Below are positions 7,792 through 17,874 of a DNA stretch of 64,000 nucleotides, one piece after another (position 1 is the stretch's first letter; every line of letters begins with the position of its first letter). The stretch spans positions 1,484 to 65,483 of the forward strand of contig CAYOVP010000003.1 in the NCBI GenBank assembly GCA_964407495.1. Direction: 5' to 3'. A program made the translations under genes and the position numbers. The stretch is from an uncultured Thermodesulfobacteriota bacterium (GTDB lineage: Bacteria; Desulfobacterota; GWC2-55-46; JADFVP01). The notes beneath the pieces were generated by a model. That model worked only from the letters and a program-made list of their open reading frames with translations. It was not told the origin of the DNA and ran no database searches.

Positions 7792-9315
7792 CTAAAAGAG
7801 CGCTTCCCCTGTCATCTCCGCAGGTTTTTCTATGCCCATTATCTTGAGCACTGTGGGCGCAACGTCCTTGAGCCCCCCGCCTCTTCGGAGGCTTACGCCC
7901 TTGAGGTCATCATCGACGAGTATGAATGGCACGTTGCTTGCCATGTGCGCCGTAAAGGGCGCGCCCGTTCTTTCGTCTATCATGCGTTCCACGTTGCCGT
8001 GGTCAGAGGTGATGATGACGCTCCAGCCGTTCCTGAGGGCCGTCTCCGTAACAAGGCCCACTGCACGGTCTACGGCCTCGCAGGCCTTTACAGCCGCACC
8101 GAGGTCGCCTGTATGCCCCACCATGTCGCCGTTGGCAATGTTGAGGAGTATGAATGAATACTTCTCCTCGCCGAGGCGCGTCGCCGTTGCTGTAGCGATC
8201 TCCATTGCCCTCATCTCTGGCACGAGGTCATAGGTTGCAACGTCTTTTATGGATGGGATTACGAGGCGGTCTTCTCCGTCAAAGGGCTTTTCTATGCCTC
8301 CGTTGAAGAAAAAAGTTACATGGGCGTATTTCTCTGTCTCGCTCACGCGGAACTGCCTGAGCCCCTCGCGGGAGAGGACCTCACCGAGGATGTTCTTGAG
8401 TTCCTCGGGCCTGAAGAGAACAGGCACCTTGAGGCGTATGTCATAGAGCGTCATAGTGGCTATGGCTGCGAGGGCCGGTCTTTTCACACGCCTGAAGCCA
8501 TTGAAGTCCTCTACAGTAAAGGCCGTAACGATCTCGCGCGCCCTGTCGGCCCGGAAGTTGAAGAAGAGGAGGCCGTCACCATTGGAGACAGGGCTATACC
8601 CGCCATCTATGATCGTTGGGAGCATGAACTCGTCGGTAAGACCTTCATCGTAGGAGGCCCGTACTGCCTCGACGGGGCCTTTGGCATGCTCACCCTTTCC
8701 GAGCACCATGGCGTCATAGGCCTTCTGGACCCGCTCCCAGCGCTTGTCCCTGTCCATGGCATAGTACCGCCCGGAGATGGTGGCAATACTCCCAACGCCC
8801 TTTTCCCTCATGCGTCCTGCAAGGGCCTCTATGAAACCAATGCCGCTGTCCGGGGGCGTATCACGTCCATCGAGTACTGCGTGTACGCGTATATCCTTCA
8901 TGCCAGAAGAGGCGGCTATATCCATGAGCGCGTAGAGGTGCTCTATGTGGCTGTGTACGCCGCCGTCAGAGACGAGCCCTGTCATGTGGAGGACGCCGCC
9001 AGCGGCCTTTGTCTTGTGTATGAGTTCCCGGAGTACGGGGTTCTCCGCCAGCGTACCCTCTTCAACGGCTTTGGAGATGCGCGTCAGTTCCTGGTATACG
9101 ACACGGCCAGAGCCCATGGTGAGGTGGCCCACCTCTGAGTTGCCCATCTGACCCTCAGGCAGGCCCACGGCAAGGCCCGAGGTCTTGAGTTCTGTACAGG
9201 GGTAGTCCCTGGACAATGAATCGAGCCTCGGTGTGGATGCTATATATATGGCATTGCCCTCTTTCTCAGGGTTCAGGCCCCAGCCGTCGAGCACCATGAG
9301 ACAGACGCGTTTCAA
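7792..9315 (-). CDS. gpmI: 2,3-bisphosphoglycerate-independent phosphoglycerate mutase
   Basis: LDGWG, GQMGNSEVGH, DGGVHSH, GRYYAMDRD, NFRADRA, ETEKYAHVT, DMVGHTG, SDHGN. Confidence 0.97.
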   Translation of the reverse strand: MKRVCLMVLDGWGLNPEKEGNAIYIASTPRLDSLSRDYPCTELKTSGLAVGLPEGQMGNSEVGHLTMGSGRVVYQELTRISKAVEEGTLAENPVLRELIHKTKAAGGVLHMTGLVSDGGVHSHIEHLYALMDIAASSGMKDIRVHAVLDGRDTPPDSGIGFIEALAGRMREKGVGSIATISGRYYAMDRDKRWERVQKAYDAMVLGKGEHAKGPVEAVRASYDEGLTDEFMLPTIIDGGYSPVSNGDGLLFFNFRADRAREIVTAFTVEDFNGFRRVKRPALAAIATMTLYDIRLKVPVLFRPEELKNILGEVLSREGLRQFRVSETEKYAHVTFFFNGGIEKPFDGEDRLVIPSIKDVATYDLVPEMRAMEIATATATRLGEEKYSFILLNIANGDMVGHTGDLGAAVKACEAVDRAVGLVTETALRNGWSVIITSDHGNVERMIDERTGAPFTAHMASNVPFILVDDDLKGVSLRRGGGLKDVAPTVLKIMGIEKPAEMTGEALF

Positions 9316-9388
9316 TCCTTACCTCGCTTTGTGAGATTGTTGTTATCCATGATTGGCAGGGTTCCTGACCAGGCCCTATCGCGAGGTC

Positions 9389-10705
9389 CTACCTTGCGTC
9401 CGGGTTCATCTGCAGAGTATCCCACTCGCCACAGAAGGCGCACCTTCCGGTCCATTGGCGAAAGGTGGTGGAGCAGTCTGAGCAGGTGAAGGCCGGTCTG
9501 GTCTCCGAGTCGGCACCAAGAAGACTGCCGAAGATCTCTGCGGCCCGGGCGTCATAGCCCTGTTTCTTGTAGGCCGTGCCAAGGAGGACTTTCGAGTAAT
9601 AGGTCTCGCGGCCCTCGTCTCGGATCCTTTCCAGTTCCTCCACGGCCCTGTCCACCATCTCTATCCTCAGGTAAAATCTGGCCAGAAGCAGCCTCAGGTT
9701 CAGGTCGTCGGGCCGGGCCTCCAGTTCCCTCTTGTATAGTTCTATCATCTTCTGTGGTGCCGAGGCCTCTACCTGGTAGTCCTCTATCCTGAACAGGAGC
9801 GCCGCGCTCCCCGGGGCAAGGGAGTAGGCCTTCTCCCAGACCATGAGGGCCTCGTATGCACCGTATTTTTTCTTGTAGATCTCACCGAAGAGGATGTTGG
9901 ATGGTACGAAGTCGTCGTCCTTCCTGAGGGCATCCTTTAAGACCTCCTCGGCCTTGTCGAGGTCGCCTTCGGCAACGAGTGAACGGGCCTGCTCGTAGAG
10001 GAGCCCCGGGAGTTTTCCATGGTCGTGACCGCTGCCACGGAACCAGCCCTTTTTCCTGCTCTCCAGGAGTTTCTCTTCGAGCGAGGCGGCCTCGGCCCAT
10101 TTTTCCTGGTCTATCTTTATGTCGCGAAGTTGCCTTATGGCATACTGGTTCTCTTTCTCGGCCTTGAGTATCTCCTCGAAGGCCCTCTCCGCTCGCTCCG
10201 TATCGCCAGCCTTTCTGGCATAGGTGCCAAGGGCGGTAAGCAGGGCCACTGAAGAGGGGTTGTGGAAGAGTTCGGACTCGATTACCTCCATGGCCTCGTG
10301 AGGGGCGCCTTCGCGCATATGAGTCTCGGCGAGGGAGAGTACTATGGGCAGGTCGCCGGGGACGCCGAGAAGCGCCTTCTCAAGGAGTTCACGGGCTCCG
10401 CCGTAATCGGCGCGGGCCATGGCCTCGAGGGCCCGAAGGTATGTCTTGCGGGCCTCTTCGACCTTTTTGGCGGCCTTCTTGGCCTTCTTGGCGCGAAGTG
10501 TGCGCATTGTGTCGGAAATTACGGCATCGAGGCCCATCATGACCACGCCTGCAACGAAACTCAGAACCATGAGCAGGACAAGGGGTAGGGTATAACTATG
10601 CCCCTTGGCAAGGACAAGCGTTGCTGTGCCGGGGTTTTCTACATAGAGGTAGAAAAAACTCGACAGCGCGATGAGGGCGAGAAAAAAGAGGAGTTTTATG
10701 TTCAT
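9389..10705 (-). CDS. LapA/LapB-like TPR membrane protein with C-terminal rubredoxin-type metal site
   Basis: Two N-terminal TM segments (LapA-like ..VENP), TPR repeats, C-terminal CSDC...CAFC; start taken at MNIKLLFF. Confidence 0.75.
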   Translation of the reverse strand: MNIKLLFFLALIALSSFFYLYVENPGTATLVLAKGHSYTLPLVLLMVLSFVAGVVMMGLDAVISDTMRTLRAKKAKKAAKKVEEARKTYLRALEAMARADYGGARELLEKALLGVPGDLPIVLSLAETHMREGAPHEAMEVIESELFHNPSSVALLTALGTYARKAGDTERAERAFEEILKAEKENQYAIRQLRDIKIDQEKWAEAASLEEKLLESRKKGWFRGSGHDHGKLPGLLYEQARSLVAEGDLDKAEEVLKDALRKDDDFVPSNILFGEIYKKKYGAYEALMVWEKAYSLAPGSAALLFRIEDYQVEASAPQKMIELYKRELEARPDDLNLRLLLARFYLRIEMVDRAVEELERIRDEGRETYYSKVLLGTAYKKQGYDARAAEIFGSLLGADSETRPAFTCSDCSTTFRQWTGRCAFCGEWDTLQMNPDAR

Positions 10706-10769
10706 GGGCCTTTTATCGTGGTTGTGAGCGTGGAGCAGGTCTTTTTCCAGCCATGAGGCCAGGTGCCGC

Positions 10770-11249
10770 TCAGTGCGAGTATGGCTCGCCTCTTGATATG
10801 GTAAAGGCCCTGTAGACCTGCTCTGCAAGTACGAGGGCCGCCATCTCGTGTGGCAGGGTCATTGGCGATAGCGATAGACGCATATCAGCATCTTTGACAA
10901 TACTCTTGTCAAGGCCGTAGGCCCCGCCGATGATGAAGACGAGGTCTCTGCCAAGGGCCAGCCTCTCTTCCATAAACCCGGCAAAGCCCCCTGATGTAAA
11001 GGCCTGGGCGCCTCTGGCCTCGGTGAGGGCGATCCTGAAGGCGCCCTTTGCGTCAAGGCGTTTATTTATCCGCCGGGCTTCTTCACGCAGACCTTTGCAC
11101 CTCCCGTCTGCCTTTCTGCCCATGGGACTGTCTTTTATCTCGATGACCTCTACGCCGCAGTATCTCTTCAGCCTCTTGATGTACTCGTAAAAGCCCTCTT
11201 TGAGGAGGCTTTTTTTTAGGGAGCCTGTGAGAATAAATGTTATCTTCAT
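10770..11249 (-). CDS. rlmH: 23S rRNA (pseudouridine1915-N3)-methyltransferase
   Basis: FIIGGAYGL, LSLSPMTLPHE, EQVYRA, GEPYSH; follows rsfS. Confidence 0.95.
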   Translation of the reverse strand: MKITFILTGSLKKSLLKEGFYEYIKRLKRYCGVEVIEIKDSPMGRKADGRCKGLREEARRINKRLDAKGAFRIALTEARGAQAFTSGGFAGFMEERLALGRDLVFIIGGAYGLDKSIVKDADMRLSLSPMTLPHEMAALVLAEQVYRAFTISRGEPYSH

Positions 11250-11254
11250 CTCTT

Positions 11255-11323
11255 CCAGCGGCCATCAGGCCGCTGGCATTGGTTTTCTTTGTCTTACTTT
11301 CTTTTTTCCAAAAGAAAGTAAGG
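11255..11323 (+). repeat. Family-1 dispersed hairpin repeat, copy C, between rsfS and rlmH
   Basis: CCAGCGGCC-ATCA-GGCCGCTGG hairpin, then GGTTTTCTTTGTCTTACTTTCTTTT-TTCC-AAAAGAAAGTAAG. Confidence 0.88.
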
Positions 11324-11381
11324 AATCTTTTAATATGCGGCCAAAGGCCGCCAACCTTCTTCTTTTCTTTTCTTTTCTCTT

Positions 11382-11759
11382 CTATCCGCCCGTTTTTTCG
11401 AGTTTTTTCGTCTTGCCTGCCTTCAGTTCCACGACCTCGGCATCCGCCCAGAGGCCTTCGAGGTCGTAGTATGTGCGGAGCGGTTCGATGAAGATATGCA
11501 CCACGATGTCTCCATAGTCGAGTAGCGCCCACCTGCCGGTCTCTATTCCTTCTGTGCCAAGCGGCCGCACCCCCTTCTCGCGGAGGCCGTCCAGTATGTT
11601 CATGGCAATGGCATGGACCTGCCGCTCCGAGCCTGCCCCGCAGATGAGGACATAGTCGGATACAGAGGAGATCTTTTTTATCATTAATATTACGGGATTG
11701 TCTGCCTGTTTCTGAAGGGCCAGGCGGGCCGCTCTGAGGACCTTTGCTTTTGGGTACAG
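11382..11759 (-). CDS. rsfS: Ribosome silencing factor
   Basis: DYVLICGAGSERQVHAIA, WALLDYGDIVVHIF, YYDLEGLW; frame is open upstream of the track start, true start uncertain (CTG at 11759 used). Confidence 0.92.
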   Translation of the reverse strand: MYPKAKVLRAARLALQKQADNPVILMIKKISSVSDYVLICGAGSERQVHAIAMNILDGLREKGVRPLGTEGIETGRWALLDYGDIVVHIFIEPLRTYYDLEGLWADAEVVELKAGKTKKLEKTGG

Positions 11760-11808
11760 TTTCCTCTCTCCTTTTTTCTGGTTGCAGGGTGGAAAGCGGT
11801 GGCCGTGT

Positions 11809-12465
11809 TCAGGCGTATAATCTCTTTGTCATTATATACTCTGCCACTTCACGGGGCAAGAGATACCTTATGGAGAGGCCCTCTCTGACGCGTTCGCGTA
11901 TCTCTGAAGACGATATGGCCATGAGCGTTGTGGTGAGATATGTGATGGATGTGCCGAAGTCGCTCTGGTAGGCCTCTGAGTCGCTGTCATACCAGTATTT
12001 TCTCGCGAGGCGCTCTGGCAGGACCTCGGCTATTTTTTTGACAGGCGTCTGCGGGCGTTCCACCACTATGAGCGAGGCGAGGGTGAGTATTTCCTCGTAC
12101 TCGCACCAGGTGGTGATGTCGTTGAAGGAGTCCCCGCCTATGATAAGGCTTGTGGCGAGGTCGGTCTCCCCCTTGTAGCCGTTTTTTTTAAGTTCCCTCA
12201 GGGTCTCGACCGTGTACGATGGGCCCCCGCGCCTTATCTCCATCTCCGAGACCTCGAAGCCGGGGTTGTCCTCTGTGGCTATGCGTGTCATCTCGAGGCG
12301 GTGTTGTGCTGTCGAGGCCTCGGCGCCTCCCTTGTGGGGCGGGATGGCGGCAGGGACAAAGACCACGAGGTCGAAGCCAAGGCCCTCGCGGACTTCTTCG
12401 GCAAGGCGAAGGTGGCCGTAGTGGATGGGGTTGAATGTGCCTCCGAAGAGGGCGATTTTTTTCAA
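11809..12465 (-). CDS. nadD: Nicotinate-nucleotide adenylyltransferase
   Basis: GGTFNPIHYGH, PPHK, GPSYT, IIGGDS, ISSSEIR. Confidence 0.96.
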   Translation of the reverse strand: MKKIALFGGTFNPIHYGHLRLAEEVREGLGFDLVVFVPAAIPPHKGGAEASTAQHRLEMTRIATEDNPGFEVSEMEIRRGGPSYTVETLRELKKNGYKGETDLATSLIIGGDSFNDITTWCEYEEILTLASLIVVERPQTPVKKIAEVLPERLARKYWYDSDSEAYQSDFGTSITYLTTTLMAISSSEIRERVREGLSIRYLLPREVAEYIMTKRLYA

Positions 12466-12841
12466 AAGAGGCCAACTCCTCAGGTAAAATAACTACTTTT
12501 CAATGCTATAGGATAAGAAAAAGACTGTCAACGCTTTTTAGGATTCAGCCTTGTTGGAAACATGGCGAAACCCCCTCTTTCGGGGGATTGACAGGTATCG
12601 CGCCTTTGTAATATAAGTATAGGTAACTATCTTAAAAATCGAACCTCCTCCGTACCCGCGGGTTTTTCTCTCCAGGCCTCGATTTTTCTGGACTGGCGGG
12701 TCCCGGAGAGTGGGAGATATCTGATAAGGGGGTCAGAAAAGCGCGGCTCCTTGAAGCCAGAAGCGGCAATTAAGAGAGATTCCAGGGTTCGCGGTTCCCG
12801 CGTTTTCTAGTCTACATGGGTCAAAGGCGAGAGACCTTGAA

Positions 12842-13636
12842 GTGAAGAAACTTCTCAGCATATCATTCTTTATCTGCCTTATTCTTCTCTCTGCCCTCTC
12901 ATGGGCGGCAGATGAGAGCCCAGTGGGCCTGGTGGTCATAGACCCCGGCCACGGAGGCATTGACAGGGGCGCCATAGGGCCTGATGGTTTGAAGGAGAAG
13001 GACTTGACACTCATGGTGGCCAAGAGGCTTGCCACCATACTCAAGAACAAGTACGGATTCATGGTGGCCCTTACGCGCGAGGACGATACCTATGTGCCCC
13101 TTGAGAAGAGGACGGCCATGGCCAACTCCCTTGGAGCCAGCCTCTTTATAAGTATCCACGTAAACGCCGCTCTGAGCCCGCGGCCCAAGGGGGTTGAGAC
13201 CTTTTTCCTGAGTTATGACGCCACAGATGAAGAGGCCGTGCGGCTGGCCGCCGTGGAGAACGGATTTGACCCCTCCAAGACGGGTATAAAATACGAGTTC
13301 AACAATGACCTCAAGACAACGCTCCTCGATCTCCTCGAGACAGCGGCCCATCACGAGAGTTCCACCCTTGCAGAGGCCGTTCATACGAGTATAATAAGAA
13401 TTACGAGAAGGGATGACCGCGGAGTGAGGCAGGCGCCCTTTGCCGTACTCGACGGAGCCACAATGCCGGCAGTTCTCGTGGAACTGGGCTTTATCTCCAA
13501 CCGGTCTGACGAACAATGGCTCAGGTCCAAGGAGGGCGCGGCCCTTGCCGCAAGGTCCATCGCCCTTGGCATAGCGGACTTCGAGAACAGGACCGGCATG
13601 GAGGTAAAGAGGGCTGGATTTGAAAAACACGATTAA
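12842..13636 (+). CDS. N-acetylmuramoyl-L-alanine amidase (Amidase_3), signal peptide plus catalytic domain only
   Basis: [33 protein letters not shown]. Confidence 0.92.
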   Translation: MKKLLSISFFICLILLSALSWAADESPVGLVVIDPGHGGIDRGAIGPDGLKEKDLTLMVAKRLATILKNKYGFMVALTREDDTYVPLEKRTAMANSLGASLFISIHVNAALSPRPKGVETFFLSYDATDEEAVRLAAVENGFDPSKTGIKYEFNNDLKTTLLDLLETAAHHESSTLAEAVHTSIIRITRRDDRGVRQAPFAVLDGATMPAVLVELGFISNRSDEQWLRSKEGAALAARSIALGIADFENRTGMEVKRAGFEKHD

Positions 13637-14363
13637 GAGGGCAGACGGCAGGGCGCCAGACGAACTCCGTGAAGTGAGGATCACAAGGGGCTTTCTCCAT
13701 ACGGCCGATGGCTCGGCCCTCATCGAGACAGGCCTTACAAAGGTACTCTGCACGGCAACCCTCGAGGACAGGGTCCCACCATTTCTCCAGGGCACGGGCC
13801 GTGGCTGGCTTACGGCAGAGTATGCCATGCTCCCGCGGGCGAGCAGGACGCGCATTCGGAGGGAATCTGCAACTGGCCGCGTTGGAGGCAGGACCCACGA
13901 GATACAGCGTCTAATAGGCCGGAGCCTGCGTGCCGTCTGCGACCTCGAGGCCCTTGGCGAGAGGACGGTCATCATAGACTGCGATGTGCTACAGGCCGAC
14001 GGAGGGACACGGACGGCCTCCATCACAGGTGCCTATATAGCGCTCCTCGATACCATGCGCGTCTCCATGGAAATGGGCATAATAGAGCGCATGCCCGTCG
14101 TCGAGGCCGTTGCCGCTGTAAGCGTTGGCATAGTGAGGGGAGAACCCTTGCTCGACCTCACCTATGAAGAGGACTCCAGTGCAGACGTGGACATGAATAT
14201 CATCATGACCGGCGGCGGAAGGTTCGTGGAGGTCCAGGGCACAGCCGAGAACAATACCTTCGCACGGAAAGACCTGGATAAACTCCTCGATCTTGCCGAG
14301 AGGGGCATAAGCAGCCTCTTCCAGTTGCAGAGGGAGGCTGGGGCCGAGGCCGCGGGCCCATGA
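13620..14363 (+). CDS. rph: Ribonuclease PH
   Basis: [44 protein letters not shown]. Confidence 0.97.
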   Translation: MKNTIKRADGRAPDELREVRITRGFLHTADGSALIETGLTKVLCTATLEDRVPPFLQGTGRGWLTAEYAMLPRASRTRIRRESATGRVGGRTHEIQRLIGRSLRAVCDLEALGERTVIIDCDVLQADGGTRTASITGAYIALLDTMRVSMEMGIIERMPVVEAVAAVSVGIVRGEPLLDLTYEEDSSADVDMNIIMTGGGRFVEVQGTAENNTFARKDLDKLLDLAERGISSLFQLQREAGAEAAGP

Positions 14364-14739
14364 CTTTACCAGGTCGCTTCCTGCCATAACCCCAACTCCA
14401 CCTAAACCCACCGCCAGATGATAAACTACCAGGAAAAGCCCGATCCGGATTCTGCCCTGCTTTCCTGGAGCACCTGGAAGGGCCTCCATTTTCAGAACTC
14501 TAAGTCTCTGAATATCTTTGGGAGAGATAACCGCGCTCTTTATTCCCCCGCTATCTTTATTCATGAAAGAATTTTTCAGAGGTTTGCCAGAAAGGCCGCC
14601 CCTCGTGAGAGGTCGCCGCGAGGTCTGTCCAGAGAGGTCCTGAGGCAGAGCCAGTTCTACCTGTTTCACCTCTCTTGGAATATGAAGAGTGGTACCAACG
14701 GGCAGGAGGAGAGGAAAGGACAAGGTAAAAGTATTACGT

Positions 14740-15363
14740 ATGAAAAAAATACTCCTTGCAACAAGGAACAGAAAGAAGATAGAAGAGTTTCGGGCCATGT
14801 TCGAGGACATCGGACTCGAGGTCCTCTCCATAGAGGACTTCCCCGGTCTTTCATGCCCGCCTGAAGATGGGTCCACCTTTGCCGAGAACGCCATCATAAA
14901 GGCGCGGTACGTTGCACTTGAGACAGGCATACCAGCGCTTGCCGATGACTCTGGCCTCGTGGTAGAGGCCCTTGGCGGGCGCCCTGGTATCTACTCGGCG
15001 AGGTATGCGGGAGAGGGGGCAACCGATAGGGAGAACATAGAGAAACTACTCCACGAGATGCGAGACCTCGAGGAGGGCCGGAGGACTGCGCGCTTTGTCT
15101 GCGTACTTGCCTTTGTAGACCCCGCCAGTGGAAGGGAATGGACCTTTACAGGTACGCTCCAGGGCAGGATTACGAGGCGCCCGCAGGGCCAGGGCGGCTT
15201 TGGCTATGACCCTGTCTTCTTCATACCTGAGAAGGGCTGCACAGCGGCCCAGGTCTCCATGGATGAAAAGAACGCCATAAGCCACAGGGGAAGGGCGCTC
15301 CGCGAGTTCAGGAGGTGGCTGATCGAGGGTGGCCGAGGTGAGGCTACAGAAGGAAGGAAGTAG
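14740..15363 (+). CDS. rdgB: dITP/XTP pyrophosphatase
   Basis: LATRNRKK, FAENAIIKA, ADDSGL, GFGYDPVF, KNAISHRG; rph-rdgB synteny. Confidence 0.95.
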   Translation: MKKILLATRNRKKIEEFRAMFEDIGLEVLSIEDFPGLSCPPEDGSTFAENAIIKARYVALETGIPALADDSGLVVEALGGRPGIYSARYAGEGATDRENIEKLLHEMRDLEEGRRTARFVCVLAFVDPASGREWTFTGTLQGRITRRPQGQGGFGYDPVFFIPEKGCTAAQVSMDEKNAISHRGRALREFRRWLIEGGRGEATEGRK

Positions 15364-15669
15364 GGTATGAGCCGGCAGGTGCCCAGACGGGGGCTCTTTT
15401 CAGAACAAGGGGCCCACCAAAAAAATACTTCGCTTCACATACGCCCAGTTTAAGGCTAAAATAAACCATATCCCACTGCCGGGACGAACGCCCCACTGGC
15501 GCCTTTGCCGGGGCTCAAGGTAGAGGCGTTCCCCGTCGAAGAAAAAGGGAGTCCTTTTTCTTCGAACCACGGGGCAGGAGTGTCTCTTGGGATAGGCGTT
15601 CTCTTTGTCACGGCGCCTGGCGCGTAGCAGGCCATGGGTCAGGCGCTCTTACGAAAAACAAGGGAGGTC

Positions 15670-16854
15670 ATGATGGAAGAGAGAGAGATGGAGGTTGTGC
15701 CCGGCCTCGAGGGCATACCAGCGGCCAACTCGGCCATCAGTTTCATCGACGGCCATGCCGGTGTGCTCGAGTACCGCGGTATTCCCATCGAGGAACTTAC
15801 AGAGAAGAGCACCTTCCTCGAGGTGGCCTACATGCTCATCTTCGAAGATCTGCCCACCATGGAAGAGTTCAGGAGGTTTCGCGACCACATTACACACCAT
15901 ACGCGGCTCAAGTACAAGATACTTCGTATGATGGAGGTCCTGCCCGAGGCGGGTCACCCCATGGACTATCTCCAGTCCGTTGTCTCGGCCATGGGAATGT
16001 ACTACCCGGCGCGCGACACCCTCGACCCGGAGGTCAGGTACTGGTCGTGCGTGCGTCTCGTGGCAAAGATGCCTACAATCGTGGCGGCCTGCCACAGGAT
16101 GCGCCAGGGAGACGCGCCCATACTGCCTCGAAACGACCTCGGCTTTGCCGCCAACTTTTACTACATGCTCTTCGAGAAAGAGCCCTCGCCGCTCGTGGAA
16201 AAGGTCCTCGACGTAATACTCATGCTCCATGCCGACCACACCATGAACGCCTCCACCTTCAGCGCCCGCGTCGTGGGATCTACCCTTGCCGACCCCTATA
16301 CAATAGTCTCATCAGCCATAGGGACGCTCTCGGGGCCACTGCACGGTGGGGCCAACGAGCGTGTCCTCGACATGATAGAGGAGATCGGCGACGTGAGCAG
16401 GGTGGAGGCCTATGTGGATGAGAAGATAGCAAAGAAAGAGAAGATCATGGGCATAGGGCACAGGGTCTACAAGACCGCAGATCCCAGGGGCAAGATTCTC
16501 AAGGCATACATGATGAGGCTCCGCGACGAGGGTCAGTGCTCTGTTGACCCGGCCGTGGTGGAGATCTCCGAGGCCCTCGAGAAGGCCGTGGCCAAGCGCC
16601 TCGGTCCAAAGGGCCTCTGGCCCAATATCGACTTCTACTCGGGTGTGGTCTTCAGGGCCCTTGGCATGGAGCCGGAACTCTTCACGCCCCTCTTTGCCAT
16701 GGGCCGCGTGGCGGGCTGGCTCGCTCACTGGATGGAGCAACTCAAGACCAACCGCATCTACAGGCCCGTGCAGAATTACATAGGCCTCAGACAGAGGCAT
16801 TACGTGCCTCTGGAACTCCGTGAAAAGGCCGCTGCCGGGAAGGGTGCTTCCTGA
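15670..16854 (+). CDS. gltA: Citrate synthase
   Basis: GLEG, LEYRG, ADHTMNAST, GPLHGGAN, GIGHRVYK, PNIDFYSG, RIYRP. Confidence 0.93.
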   Translation: MMEEREMEVVPGLEGIPAANSAISFIDGHAGVLEYRGIPIEELTEKSTFLEVAYMLIFEDLPTMEEFRRFRDHITHHTRLKYKILRMMEVLPEAGHPMDYLQSVVSAMGMYYPARDTLDPEVRYWSCVRLVAKMPTIVAACHRMRQGDAPILPRNDLGFAANFYYMLFEKEPSPLVEKVLDVILMLHADHTMNASTFSARVVGSTLADPYTIVSSAIGTLSGPLHGGANERVLDMIEEIGDVSRVEAYVDEKIAKKEKIMGIGHRVYKTADPRGKILKAYMMRLRDEGQCSVDPAVVEISEALEKAVAKRLGPKGLWPNIDFYSGVVFRALGMEPELFTPLFAMGRVAGWLAHWMEQLKTNRIYRPVQNYIGLRQRHYVPLELREKAAAGKGAS

Positions 16855-16855
16855 T

Positions 16856-17707
16856 ATGAGAAGACCCCCGGCCTGCCGCACTCTGGCGGTTATCATCCTC
16901 CTATTGGTCTTTTTCGTGAGCGGCGGCTGTGTGGCCCAGAGGGCCCTTAGGCTGAGAGACGGCGCCGAGGTGCCTATTGCGCAGATGGAGCGCGACCTTC
17001 GTGGTGTGCGCCTTGTCTTTGTGGGCGAGTTTCACAAGAAACTCGCCCACCACAGGATGCAACTCGGCGTAATAAAGGCCCTCCATGCCGCTGGTGTAAA
17101 ACTCGCCATAGGCATTGAGATGTTTTCCGCGGACAACCAGGACGTCCTCGACCGCTGGGTGGCCGGAAAGATGAGCGAGAGGGCCTTCCGAAGGGCCTAT
17201 TACCGCAACTGGAACATATCCTGGTACAAGTACCGCGGCATATTCATATACGCCAGGAAGCACAAGATACCCCTTGTGGGCCTGAACCTCCCCAAGAAGA
17301 TAACACACAAACTATTTACAGGCGGGACAAAGTCGCTCTCTCCCGAAGACCGGAAGAAGATAGGCGACATTACTTGTGATGTGGATTTGGAGTATGAGAA
17401 GATGATACGCGATGCCATGGGTCAGCACTCTCACATGAAGGACGCAGAGTTCCTGGACTTCTGCCGGGTGCAGATGGCCTGGGACACATACATGGCCTCG
17501 CGTATAGTGGATTATCTCGTTGCCAATCCCGGGCGTGTCATGGTGGTGCTCGCCGGGAGCGGCCATGCCTGGAAGCGTGGTATCCCGCGCAAGGTACGCG
17601 CCGCGGCACGCCTCGAGAATATAGTCATACTACCCGAGGTGGTCGGCGAGTTCGACAGGCGTGACGTGGGGTTTGGAGACACGGATTATCTTCTCCTGGC
17701 ACGATGA
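16856..17707 (+). CDS. ChaN-family lipoprotein (putative haem/iron-uptake, Tiki superfamily)
   Basis: Lipobox-like VSGGC; VFVGEFH, HHRMQL, IGIEMF, QMAWD..MA, LAGSGH. Confidence 0.8.
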   Translation: MRRPPACRTLAVIILLLVFFVSGGCVAQRALRLRDGAEVPIAQMERDLRGVRLVFVGEFHKKLAHHRMQLGVIKALHAAGVKLAIGIEMFSADNQDVLDRWVAGKMSERAFRRAYYRNWNISWYKYRGIFIYARKHKIPLVGLNLPKKITHKLFTGGTKSLSPEDRKKIGDITCDVDLEYEKMIRDAMGQHSHMKDAEFLDFCRVQMAWDTYMASRIVDYLVANPGRVMVVLAGSGHAWKRGIPRKVRAAARLENIVILPEVVGEFDRRDVGFGDTDYLLLAR

Positions 17708-17874
17708 AGCGGCAGGGGCGCGCGTAGAGGTACTTCCAAGAGGGGCCTGCCTGCTTGAGTTCGAGAGGTATTAAGGATGGGTAGGGGGGCTTGCGGGCAG
17801 AAAAAAGGGCTCTCTCTGGGCGATCATTGTAGCATGGTTTTTTCGGACCCCGCCAGGGCCCGAAGGCCCCAGGC

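Noticed and set aside
11237-11491. ORFs sharing the peptide FFVLLSFFQKKV (also 41906-42211, 63102-63326) and VGWVERSETQQ (7107-7847, 48182-48496)
   Set aside because: Translations of the dispersed DNA repeats, not a protein family
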